Shown here: one piece after another, positions 1 to 7,855 of the stretch
Layout of the letters: every line of letters starts with the position of its first letter
Position numbering within the stretch: the stretch's first letter is position 1
NCBI RefSeq assembly: GCF_001735745.1
Contig: NZ_CP017260.1
Coordinates: 2,190,001-2,222,000 of the forward strand
DNA from: Formosa sp. Hel1_33_131
GTDB taxonomy: Bacteria; Bacteroidota; Bacteroidia; Flavobacteriales; Flavobacteriaceae
Reading direction: 5' to 3'
Length of the DNA: 32,000 nucleotides
Notes under the pieces: generated by a model
Databases searched by the model: none
The model's input: the letters and a program-made list of their open reading frames with translations, nothing else
Told to the model about the DNA's origin: nothing
Program-made: the position numbers and the translations under genes

Positions 1-1083
1 CATAAAATTCGCGACAAAGCGGTGGCCTTTAACGGTCATATTACAATCTCTAATTTTGACAGCAACGAATCTGAAGGGTCTCAAGTGCCTGTCTCTAAAA
101 ATCAAAATTTTTATCCAGAATTTAACTCTGTTGAGGGCGTGTCTCACATCCAAGCAGTTGCCAATAAATTTGGAATTATTAGAACCAACACCGATTTTGA
201 AGGTCTGTTTTTAAAAGGGGTAGGAACGGATTACGATTGGCGGTATTTCAAAGAGTTTCTAATAGAAGGACGCCTTCCAACATACACTCAAAAATACAGC
301 AACGAAGTTTTAATTTCTAAGTATTTGGCAGACCGGTTGGGGTTTGTAGTCGGGGAGACCTTTCAGATGTATTTCATGAAATCCGACTCAAGCAAGCCGC
401 CAAGCATCATGAAATATGCCGTGGTGGGCATCTTTAATTCGGGCTTTGAAGAATTAGACAAAACCTATGTCATTGGCGATATCAATCATGTGCAACGCTT
501 GAACAGATGGACTAAAGATCAGATTGGAAATTTTGAAGTTTTCATCACAAATTACAACGACTTAGATCGCCTCGGAAAAGAAGTGTATGCGCAAACGCCT
601 TCGACTTTAGATGCGATGACGGTGAAACAAAAATATGCCACCATCTTTGAATGGATTCCTATTTTTACTACCAATATCTATGGAATTATAGGCATTATGA
701 TTCTTGTGGGCGCCATCAATATGATCACAGCATTGCTCGTTTTGATTCTTGAACGTACCCAAATGATTGGAATTCTGAAAGCCTTAGGAAGTAGCAATTG
801 GAGCATTCGAAAACTATTTTTGTACAATGCATCTTATTTGATAGCCTGTGGATTGTTTTGGGGCAACCTTATTGGGATTGGAGTTTTGTTACTTCAAAAA
901 CAATTTGAGTTTCTAAAATTAGATCCTTCCGTTTATTATGTGACCGTTGCTCCTGTCTATCTCGATTGGACGTATGTGGTTTTACTCAATTTGATGACCT
1001 TTGTTTTATGTCTATTAATGTTGCTCATTCCTTCGTTTTTAATTAGTAAAATCGTTCCTGTAAAGGCCATTCAATTCGAATAA
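1..1083 (+). CDS. FtsX/LolC/LolE-family ABC transporter permease, C-terminal part (5' end lies upstream of the window)
   Basis: Frame 1 is open from base 1 (HKIRDKAVAFNGHITI...), so the GTG at 22 in the ORF track is not the real start. The C-terminal region has an FtsX-type motif, ERTQMIGILKALGSSNWSIRKLF, flanked by hydrophobic helices. Stop at 1081-1083. Confidence 0.7.
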   Translation, partial: HKIRDKAVAFNGHITISNFDSNESEGSQVPVSKNQNFYPEFNSVEGVSHIQAVANKFGIIRTNTDFEGLFLKGVGTDYDWRYFKEFLIEGRLPTYTQKYSNEVLISKYLADRLGFVVGETFQMYFMKSDSSKPPSIMKYAVVGIFNSGFEELDKTYVIGDINHVQRLNRWTKDQIGNFEVFITNYNDLDRLGKEVYAQTPSTLDAMTVKQKYATIFEWIPIFTTNIYGIIGIMILVGAINMITALLVLILERTQMIGILKALGSSNWSIRKLFLYNASYLIACGLFWGNLIGIGVLLLQKQFEFLKLDPSVYYVTVAPVYLDWTYVVLLNLMTFVLCLLMLLIPSFLISKIVPVKAIQFE

Positions 1084-1102
1084 AAACTTCTGTATTCCAG
1101 AT

Positions 1103-1132
1103 TTGTATCCCGAAAAATTTAACGTATATTTG
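1103..1132 (+). promoter_or_regulatory. Putative Bacteroidetes-type promoter (-33 TTG / -7 TAnnTTTG)
   Basis: TTG at 1103-1105, a 19-nt spacer, then TATATTTG at 1125-1132, 15 nt before the ATG at 1148. Confidence 0.45.
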
Positions 1133-1147
1133 CGGCAAAGATAGAAC

Positions 1148-2128
1148 ATGAAGTACGCCGAAAATATTTTAGAAACCATAGGGAACACGCCATTAATTAA
1201 GATGAACGTCCTCACTAAAGAATTGCCGTGTTTGGTTTTGGCAAAATACGAAACCTTTAATCCGGGGAATTCTGTAAAGGATCGCATGGCGTTACAAATG
1301 ATTGCGGATGCGGAAGCCGATGGCCGTTTGAAACCCGGAGGGACGATTATTGAAGGAACCTCAGGAAATACGGGAATGGGCTTGGCATTGGCTGGGATCA
1401 TAAAAGGTTACAAATGTATTTTTGTACTTGCAGACAAGCAGTCCAAAGAAAAAATGGATATTTTACGCGCCGTTGGTGCTGAGGTCGTGGTCTGTCCAAC
1501 CTCTGTAGAACCAGAAGATCCACGATCGTATTATTCCGTTTCCAAACGCTTGGCAGAAGAAACACCCAACTCATGGTATGTGAATCAATACGACAACCCG
1601 AGCAATTGCAAGGCACACTTTTTGAGTACAGGCCCCGAAATATGGGAGCAAACCGACGGGAAAATAACCCATTTTGTGGTAGGTGTTGGAACTGGAGGTA
1701 CAATCTCAGGGGTTGGAAGTTATTTAAAAATGAAAAACCCGAACGTTAAAATTTGGGGTGTAGATACCTATGGAAGTGTGTTTAAAAAATACCACGAAAC
1801 AGGTGAATTTGACGAAAAAGAAATTTACTCGTATGTCACCGAAGGCATCGGTGAAGATATTTTGCCTTTGAATGTCAACTTTGGAGTCATTGATGGTTTT
1901 ACCAAAGTTACTGATAAAGATGGCGCGGTCTATACCCAACGGTTAGCAAAAGAAGAAGGCATGTTTTTAGGGAACTCTGCAGGCTCTGCGATTAAAGGGG
2001 TGCTTCAACTGAAAGAACATTTTAAACCCGAAGATGTAGTGGTCGTTTTATTTCATGACCATGGCAGTCGTTATGTAGGTAAAATGTTTAATGACGATTG
2101 GATGCGTGAGATGGGTTATATCGATTAG
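1148..2128 (+). CDS. PLP-dependent cysteine synthase / cystathionine beta-synthase family enzyme
   Basis: 326 aa with fold-type II PLP motifs: NPGNSVKDR (PLP lysine), GTSGNTG (Asn loop) and GVGTGGTISG (phosphate-binding loop). Confidence 0.85.
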   Translation: MKYAENILETIGNTPLIKMNVLTKELPCLVLAKYETFNPGNSVKDRMALQMIADAEADGRLKPGGTIIEGTSGNTGMGLALAGIIKGYKCIFVLADKQSKEKMDILRAVGAEVVVCPTSVEPEDPRSYYSVSKRLAEETPNSWYVNQYDNPSNCKAHFLSTGPEIWEQTDGKITHFVVGVGTGGTISGVGSYLKMKNPNVKIWGVDTYGSVFKKYHETGEFDEKEIYSYVTEGIGEDILPLNVNFGVIDGFTKVTDKDGAVYTQRLAKEEGMFLGNSAGSAIKGVLQLKEHFKPEDVVVVLFHDHGSRYVGKMFNDDWMREMGYID

Positions 2129-2187
2129 ACCTAAATCCGTGGATTCTCTACGCTATAAAGCTCTCTATGAGCAGTATAAACTTTTAA

Positions 2188-2225
2188 AAATCACCTATTT
2201 TTTTGGAAATAGGTGATTTTTTTTA
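2188..2225 (+). terminator. Rho-independent terminator after the cysteine synthase-family gene
   Basis: 13-bp perfect stem AAATCACCTATTT (2188-2200) / AAATAGGTGATTT (2207-2219), followed by a T-run. Confidence 0.75.
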
Positions 2226-2238
2226 TACGTTTACCCGC

Positions 2239-2361
2239 TGCAAAGTCTCCCGACTTAGCGCAACTACAAAAAAGTAAAATGCAAATTGAATATTGTAAAC
2301 AATAAGTTTTAAACGGAAAAGCATTGATAATTATATAAGCTCAAAGTCGGGAGACTTTGCA
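2239..2361. repeat. MITE-like palindromic element with perfect 18-bp terminal inverted repeats
   Basis: TGCAAAGTCTCCCGACTT (2239-2256) is the exact reverse complement of AAGTCGGGAGACTTTGCA (2344-2361). The 87-bp interior is AT-rich and non-coding. A related 22-mer occurs at 28123-28144. Confidence 0.6.
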
Positions 2362-2575
2362 CAGCACGGGACTTTGCGCAGCACGGGGATTTACGTTTGT
2401 AAATAGTTTTGATCTAATGAGGACTGAGGACAGTGAAATCATAATTTTAATAACTAAAAAGCATTGATTATCAGTATTATAAATAAAGTAATTTAACAAT
2501 CAAACATATTAAAAATATAGGAGCTAGTACCGATATACAGTAGTTGTAAGTAATGCCGAAAAACCCAGAAACTGA

Positions 2576-3370
2576 ATGAATAAAACGATATTTGAAATTA
2601 CCAAAATGGATTGTCCTTCAGAGGAAAATCTAATCCGAATGAAATTGGACGGAATTTCGAGCATTGCGAATTTGGGCTTTGATATTCCGAATCGGAAATT
2701 GACTGTTTTTCACAGCGGAGAAATTGACCTAATCGAAAAGTCAGTTATCGAACTGAATTTAGGAGGGAAAAAAATCTCAACTGAACAAACCGACCAAACA
2801 GAATTTAAAGAAAACAAAAACCAAAAAAAGCTACTTTGGTCTGTACTTGTTATAAATTTTGCGTTTTTCATAATCGAAATGACAACAGGAATTATCTCAA
2901 AATCTATGGGACTTGTTGCCGACAGTTTAGATATGCTTGCTGACAGTTTTGTGTACGGAATAAGTTTGTTTGCGGTTGGAGGAACAGTAATAAAGAAAAA
3001 ACGGATTGCCAAACTTGCTGGATATTTTCAAATAATACTTGCGATTATTGGATTTGTAGAAGTTTTAAGAAGATTTTTCGGAGACGAGAAACTTCCCGAT
3101 TTTTCGACAATGATTATCGTTTCGATTTTCGCACTTATCGCAAACGGAATTTGTCTTTATATTTTGCAAAAGTCCAAGAGTAAAGAAGAGGCACATATGA
3201 AAGCAAGTATGATTTTCACCTCGAATGATGTGATTATAAATTTAGGAGTAATACTTGCAGGAATTTTAGTGCATTATTTGACTTCTAATAAACCTGACTT
3301 GATTATTGGAACAATCGTTTTTGTATTGGTAATTCAAGGAGCATTTCGGATACTGAAATTGAGTAAGTAA
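2576..3370 (+). CDS. Cation diffusion facilitator (CDF) divalent-metal efflux protein with an N-terminal HMA-like domain
   Basis: 264 aa. The N-terminal ~70 aa carry the single-Cys HMA variant motif KMDCPSEENLIRMKL. Hydrophobic helices follow, with ADSLDMLADS (DxxxD metal site) typical of CzcD/ZitB-type CDF proteins. Confidence 0.8.
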   Translation: MNKTIFEITKMDCPSEENLIRMKLDGISSIANLGFDIPNRKLTVFHSGEIDLIEKSVIELNLGGKKISTEQTDQTEFKENKNQKKLLWSVLVINFAFFIIEMTTGIISKSMGLVADSLDMLADSFVYGISLFAVGGTVIKKKRIAKLAGYFQIILAIIGFVEVLRRFFGDEKLPDFSTMIIVSIFALIANGICLYILQKSKSKEEAHMKASMIFTSNDVIINLGVILAGILVHYLTSNKPDLIIGTIVFVLVIQGAFRILKLSK

Positions 3371-3566
3371 GCGGGAAGCACTACTTACAACAACGGTAAC
3401 CGTTGCACAAGTCCTCTAAAAAAATAAAAAACCTTCCTTTTTAAGCCGATGTAGGGGGTGCCATATTAAAAAATGAGTGTGCTATTTTGTTTTTTTGAGG
3501 GGCTTACACAAGACCAAAAGAACTTTGTGTGGGTAGTAAATTCAGAGAAAACAACTCCTCCACTAG

Positions 3567-3797
3567 CGCGAACATCTTTTGCTCGTGCCCATTAATAAAC
3601 GTAAAAAATTGGAAATAAAACACAATATAAAGAACAAGGTTCAGATGATTTTAGAAAAGGAACGAATTATCCTAAAACCAATTGGGAGTCCACGAAAAAA
3701 TTGGGAAAAAGCCTTTGAGGAAATGTCTAAAAATAATGACGACACCTTGCTTTTCAATGACGTATTTGAAGATCAAAACTTTGAGGAATGGTATTAA
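3567..3797 (+). pseudogene. MazE/AbrB(SpoVT)-type antitoxin remnant lacking the N-terminal DNA-binding strand
   Basis: The C-terminal part (KVQMILEKERIILKPIGSPRKNWEKAFEEMSKNNDDTLLFNDVFEDQNFEEW) looks like MazE-family antitoxins. The frame opens only at 3567 after a TAG, there is no KIGNSxG-type N-terminus, and the ORF track needs a TTG at 3579. Confidence 0.5.
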
Positions 3798-3871
3798 AAC
3801 AGTATAACCGATTATCAAAATCTGATATACAGAAATGCAAAGAGGTCATCCAAGAAACGTTTGTGAACTAA
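3788..3871 (+). pseudogene. PemK/MazF-type toxin remnant (27 codons; internal deletion)
   Basis: An ATG at 3788 overlaps the end of the antitoxin remnant, which is typical mazEF coupling. It encodes only MVLKQYNRLSKSDIQKCKEVIQETFVN: a toxin-like N-terminal hexapeptide joined to a C-terminal-helix-like tail, with the ~80-aa core missing. Confidence 0.4.
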
Positions 3872-3903
3872 AACATAAAGTTGCTAAATTTAGAAACTTT
3901 ATG

Positions 3904-3911
3904 TATATTTG
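3904..3911 (+). promoter_or_regulatory. Putative -7 box (TAnnTTTG) for the RelE/XRE module
   Basis: TATATTTG at 3904-3911, 21 nt upstream of the TTG start at 3933. Confidence 0.4.
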
Positions 3912-3932
3912 TATTAATAAGATATCTATCTA

Positions 3933-4262
3933 TTGGAATATTTCAAAACAATATTTTTAGAAAGTGCGGCTGGTTTTATAAAAAATTTGGATGCTAAAAC
4001 CCGAAAGAAAATATTTTATAATATTAGGTTGGCTGAAAAATCCAATGACCCTAAACTCTTTAAAAAATTAACTGATGATATTTGGGAGTTTAGAGTTCGG
4101 TTTTCAAACAATCAGATAAGATTATTGTCATTTTGGGACAAAAGAGACAACGAAAATACGTTAGTTGTTACAACAAATGGCTTTGTCAAAAAAACGCAGA
4201 AAACTCCCAAAACGGAGATTAATAAAGCGAAAAAAATAAGGAGTGAATATCTAAAATATTAA
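3933..4262 (+). CDS. RelE/ParE-superfamily toxin (Gp49/HigB-like, toxin-first module)
   Basis: 109 aa with a TTG start. The KLFKKLTDDIWEFRVRFSNNQIRLLSFWDK and GFVKKTQKTPKTEINKAKKIR pattern is typical of Gp49-like RelE toxins. An HTH antitoxin gene follows 4 nt later. Confidence 0.7.
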   Translation: MEYFKTIFLESAAGFIKNLDAKTRKKIFYNIRLAEKSNDPKLFKKLTDDIWEFRVRFSNNQIRLLSFWDKRDNENTLVVTTNGFVKKTQKTPKTEINKAKKIRSEYLKY

Positions 4263-4266
4263 GATT

Positions 4267-4587
4267 ATGACAAAATTAAAATCATACAGCTTATCCGAAA
4301 TGGAAGATAAGTATATAGGAAAGAAAGGTACTGAAGAGCGAGATGAATATGAATATGAATTGCGTATGGATTTGTTGGGTCGTATGATAAAAACCACCCG
4401 AAAAGAACGCAACTTAACTCAAGAAAAATTAGGAGAAATGATTGGCGTTAATAAATCTCAAATATCAAAACTTGAGAATAATGCAAACAGTGCTAGAATT
4501 GAAACCATAATTAGAGTGTTTAAGGCATTAAAAGCTGAAATTCAATTCAATGTAAAACTTGAAAACAACAGAGTTGAAATAGCTTAA
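4267..4587 (+). CDS. XRE-family helix-turn-helix antitoxin (HigA-like)
   Basis: 106 aa with a Cro/C1-type HTH (RKERNLTQEKLGEMIGVNKSQISKLENN). It sits immediately downstream of the RelE-like toxin. Confidence 0.75.
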   Translation: MTKLKSYSLSEMEDKYIGKKGTEERDEYEYELRMDLLGRMIKTTRKERNLTQEKLGEMIGVNKSQISKLENNANSARIETIIRVFKALKAEIQFNVKLENNRVEIA

Positions 4588-4735
4588 GCTAAACGCTTAA
4601 CAACTTATAAGTAAAACAACTCTAAAAGAGATAGAACAAGATTTTGTCCGACCCAAATTGTTACGATTTTAAAGCAGTTTGTGAAACCCCATTTAGATAA
4701 TTTGGTAGCTTAAAAACTTTTTTTATCTTAGTGGG

Positions 4736-6013
4736 ATGCAAGAAGACTTCCTACATTATGTCTGGCAGCATAAAAAAATGAGCCTCAAATCGTTAAAAAC
4801 CACTACTCAGGAGTCAATAACTCTGAAGGCAGTTGGTTTAGCAAATGTCAATTCAGGCCCCGATTTTTTTAATGCTCAATTAAGTATCGGCACCCAGTTG
4901 TGGGCGGGTAACGTAGAGATTCATATTAAATCTTCCGATTGGTATGTGCATCACCACGAGACCGATGCTGCTTATGACAGTGTAATTTTGCATGTGGTTT
5001 GGGAACACAATATGGAAATATACAGAAAGGACAACACGCCGATCCCAACCCTAGAGCTCAAAAATTACGTCCTTCCACACACCTATAAAAACTACAACAC
5101 CTTATTAAATCAAAAACAATATTGGATTCCTTGTGAACCTAATATGAAGGAAGTAGATTCTTTCACCATTAACCATTGGCTGGAGCGTTTGTATTTAGAG
5201 CGCTTGGAAGGAAAGTACAAAGCCATTGAAGCACAACTCATTGAATCGAAACAAAATTGGGAAGCCGTATTGTTTTGGCAATTGGCCAAAAATTTTGGAC
5301 TTAAAGTCAATGGCGATGCGTTTTTAAGCATTGCAAAATCAATGGATTTTTCGGTCATTCGAAAATCACAATTTGAAGTTCACCAACTTGAAGCCTTATT
5401 TTTTGGACAATCGGGGCTTATGGAAACCGAAGCACAAGATGCTTATATCTCTGAATTGAAAAGCACTTATACCTTTTTGAAAACCAAATTTTCAATTTCA
5501 AATAATGGCGTACTCCCAGTTCAGTTTTTTCGATTGCGCCCTCCTAATTTTCCAACCATCCGACTGGCACAACTAGCGGCACTCTACAGTCGGAGTTCAA
5601 ATTTATTTTCAAGCATCATTGAAGCCCAGTCCTTAGATCAGTTGTATTCTATTTTTGAAGGAACCACTTCCAAGTTTTGGGACACGCACTACACCTTTGA
5701 GAAGACCTCCAAATCCATCCCAAAAACGTTGACAAAATCATTTATGAATTTATTGATTATCAATACCATCATCCCTATCAAGTTTGCCTACAATAAATAC
5801 AATCGACAAACCAATCAAGAAGATGTAGTGGCAATTATGCGCAAAATCCCTATGGAGCACAACAGCATTGTCGATAAATTTCATACCCTCTATGCGTTTG
5901 GAAAAACGGCTTTCGATTCTCAAGCGTTGATTCAATTAAAACAAAACTATTGTTCAAAAAATAAATGTCTTCATTGCGCGATTGGTAGTGCACTTTTGAA
6001 TCGAAATTCATAA
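4736..6013 (+). CDS. DUF2851-family protein
   Basis: 425 aa. The N-terminus MQEDFLHYVWQHKK and the overall length resemble the DUF2851 proteins conserved in Bacteroidota. Assignment is from memory of the family, not a search. Confidence 0.6.
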   Translation: MQEDFLHYVWQHKKMSLKSLKTTTQESITLKAVGLANVNSGPDFFNAQLSIGTQLWAGNVEIHIKSSDWYVHHHETDAAYDSVILHVVWEHNMEIYRKDNTPIPTLELKNYVLPHTYKNYNTLLNQKQYWIPCEPNMKEVDSFTINHWLERLYLERLEGKYKAIEAQLIESKQNWEAVLFWQLAKNFGLKVNGDAFLSIAKSMDFSVIRKSQFEVHQLEALFFGQSGLMETEAQDAYISELKSTYTFLKTKFSISNNGVLPVQFFRLRPPNFPTIRLAQLAALYSRSSNLFSSIIEAQSLDQLYSIFEGTTSKFWDTHYTFEKTSKSIPKTLTKSFMNLLIINTIIPIKFAYNKYNRQTNQEDVVAIMRKIPMEHNSIVDKFHTLYAFGKTAFDSQALIQLKQNYCSKNKCLHCAIGSALLNRNS

Positions 6014-6021
6014 ATTGCAGT

Positions 6022-6249
6022 ATGAAATTATTTTACAACGGACTTTTCAATTTACAAAAATATGGGTTCTACGTTTGCCAACGGATAGCCGATCGTTTTG
6101 GGATGCGTGCCAAAGTCGTCCGAACCTCCTTCATCTACCTCACATTTGTAACCCTTGGTTTTGGATTTGCCTTTTATTTATTCTTAGCGTTTTGGATCCG
6201 TATAAAGGATTTGATATACACCAAAAGAACCTCCGTTTTTGATATTTAA
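6022..6249 (+). CDS. PspC-domain small membrane protein
   Basis: 75 aa. YVCQRIADRFGMRAKVVRTSFIYLTFVTLGFGFAFYLFLAFWI matches the PspC-domain pattern of an amphipathic segment followed by a TM helix. Preferred over the overlapping 6015-6242 frame. Confidence 0.6.
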   Translation: MKLFYNGLFNLQKYGFYVCQRIADRFGMRAKVVRTSFIYLTFVTLGFGFAFYLFLAFWIRIKDLIYTKRTSVFDI

Positions 6250-6254
6250 TAGCT

Positions 6255-7289
6255 ATGAATAATCCTTTTATAAAACTTTACAAATCTAAAATTAGCACAG
6301 CGATTATATTGTTGGTGTTCCTGCTTTTCACGGGGATCGTAGGCTTTAAGGTTCTGTCCGATTTTTCATGGGTTGATGCGTTTTATATGACTGTCATCAC
6401 CATCACTACGGTTGGTTTTGGAGAGGTGGCTCCCTTAGATTCAGATACTAAAATATTTACTATTTTCTTGATATTAACCAGTGTCATTATTGTTGGATAT
6501 GCGCTCACAATTATCACAGAATATATAATTTCTAAAAATGTTATTTCCGAACTAAAACATAAGAAGATGCAAAAAAAAATTGATGCACTGTCCAATCATA
6601 TTGTGATATGTGGATTTGGAAGAAATGGGCAGCAGGCTGCCAAAAAATTATTGACACACAACCGTTCTTTTGTGGTTGTGGAATCCAATAAAGAGACTAT
6701 AGACAAGCATCAAAATGAAGACATTCTCTTTGTTTATGGCAATGCCAACGATGACAATGTGCTTCAATCAGCTGGAATTGAACGCGCAGAGTGCTTAATT
6801 TCTGCCTTGCCGAGTGACTCTGACAATGTGTTTGTTGTGCTGTCTGCACGTCAAATGAACAAAACCGCACGCATTATCAGTCGTGCGTCTAATGAATCCT
6901 CCTATAGCAAGCTTAAACTTGCAGGCGCCAACAACGTCATTTTACCTGATAAAATTGGAGGAGATCACATGGCTTCCTTAGTAGTTGTACCAGATTTGTT
7001 AGAATTTATTGACAACCTTTCGATTGTTGGAAATGACACGATTAATATAGAGGAGATTGCAGTTGGAAAATTATACGATACGTCTATTATTAAAACGATT
7101 CAAGATTTAGACCTAAGAAAAAAAACTGGATGTAACGTGATAGGATACAAAGATGAAATAGGACACTACATCATCAATCCAGAAGCCAATCAAAAATTAG
7201 TCCCCAACTCTAAAGTGATTGTTTTGGGACGTCCTGAGCAAATTCAAAAATTGAATAGTACTTATAATATTGATGTATTTACAGAATAA
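6255..7289 (+). CDS. Potassium channel with RCK (TrkA-N/TrkA-C) domain
   Basis: 344 aa. K+ selectivity filter TTVGFGE, a Rossmann GxGxxG (ICGFGRNG), and a C-terminal TrkA-C-like segment. Confidence 0.85.
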   Translation: MNNPFIKLYKSKISTAIILLVFLLFTGIVGFKVLSDFSWVDAFYMTVITITTVGFGEVAPLDSDTKIFTIFLILTSVIIVGYALTIITEYIISKNVISELKHKKMQKKIDALSNHIVICGFGRNGQQAAKKLLTHNRSFVVVESNKETIDKHQNEDILFVYGNANDDNVLQSAGIERAECLISALPSDSDNVFVVLSARQMNKTARIISRASNESSYSKLKLAGANNVILPDKIGGDHMASLVVVPDLLEFIDNLSIVGNDTINIEEIAVGKLYDTSIIKTIQDLDLRKKTGCNVIGYKDEIGHYIINPEANQKLVPNSKVIVLGRPEQIQKLNSTYNIDVFTE

Positions 7290-7306
7290 TGACTGTCATT
7301 TTTTAT

Positions 7307-7314
7307 TATATTTG
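7307..7314 (+). promoter_or_regulatory. Putative -7 box (TAnnTTTG) for the antitoxin/ParE module
   Basis: TATATTTG at 7307-7314, 25 nt upstream of the ATG at 7340. Confidence 0.4.
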
Positions 7315-7339
7315 TAAGGTTAACTAAATATTTATACAC

Positions 7340-7555
7340 ATGGATTTAGAAACTAGAAAACATGAATTCATTCAAAAACTACTAAATGTAGAAGAAAGTG
7401 TTTTTGATAAACTAGAAAGTTTTTTAAACAAATCAACTTCAAGAGGAATTAGTTTAAGTCAATACAATAAAGAAATTGACGAAGCCAATGCACGTATTGA
7501 TGCAGGAGATTTTCTCACTCAAGAAGAGGTTGAGAAAATTGCCAATCAATGGTAG
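7340..7555 (+). CDS. Putative antitoxin partner of a RelE/ParE toxin
   Basis: 71-aa acidic helical protein. Its stop (TAG 7553-7555) overlaps the ATG (7549-7551) of the downstream ParE-like frame. Called by position and size only. Confidence 0.5.
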   Translation: MDLETRKHEFIQKLLNVEESVFDKLESFLNKSTSRGISLSQYNKEIDEANARIDAGDFLTQEEVEKIANQW

Positions 7556-7855
7556 CCCACAAAAAAAATAGTTGTTTGGGATAAAAAGGCACTGAATCAA
7601 TTAAAGGAAGCTTATAACTACCTCAAAGAAAAATCCATTCTTTCTGCAAATAAGGTAATAACTAGAATTCTTGAAGAAGCTAAAAATCTTTATAAAAGTC
7701 CAGATATTTACGAATTAGATCGATTTAAAGCTCATAACGATGGTAATTATAGAGCATTTGAAATTTATAGTTTTCGTATAGCTTATCGAATTACAGAAAC
7801 TGAAATTAGAATTTTAAGAGTTCGACATAGTAGTAGAGAACCCAGAAAATATTAG
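7549..7855 (+). pseudogene. RelE/ParE-family toxin gene interrupted by a frameshift in an A8 run (absent from the ORF track)
   Basis: A 100-codon open frame (7556-7855) encodes ..KKIVVWDKKALNQLKEAYNYLKEKSILSANKVITRILEEAKNLYKSPDIYELDRFKAHNDGNYRAFEIYSFRIAYRITETEIRILRVRHSSREPRKY, which is ParE/RelE-like. It contains no in-frame ATG, GTG or TTG. The only ATG (7549) is in another frame and stops after 11 codons. Removing one A from A8 (7561-7568) joins the two frames. Confidence 0.7.

Noticed and set aside
1039-1939. Antisense ORFs 1039-1401, 1398-1703 and 1724-1939 (minus)
   Set aside because: They lie fully inside, or antisense to, the well-supported permease and cysteine synthase-family genes and show no family resemblance. 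The same applies to the antisense ORFs within the CDF, DUF2851, K+ channel, AGCS, ACAD, tuf, rplA, rplJ/rplL, rpoB, rpoC and prfC genes.
2400-2575. Metal-sensing (czcD/NiCo-type) riboswitch upstream of the CDF gene
   Set aside because: Only a short ACTGAGGACAGTG stretch looked vaguely reminiscent. No multi-stem junction with conserved G/C-rich cores could be traced by eye.
3447-3456. GCCGATGTAG, a 10-mer identical to the 5' end of tRNA-Thr(UGU), in the islet downstream of the CDF gene
   Set aside because: The match stops after 10 nt, and a match this short cannot be distinguished from chance in a 32-kb two-strand window. There is no further tRNA-like structure.
6015-6242. Alternative 75-aa ORF overlapping the PspC-domain gene in another frame
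   Set aside because: The 6022-6249 frame gives a recognisable PspC-like sequence with a TM helix. The 6015 frame gives a Cys/Trp/Pro-rich low-plausibility peptide.
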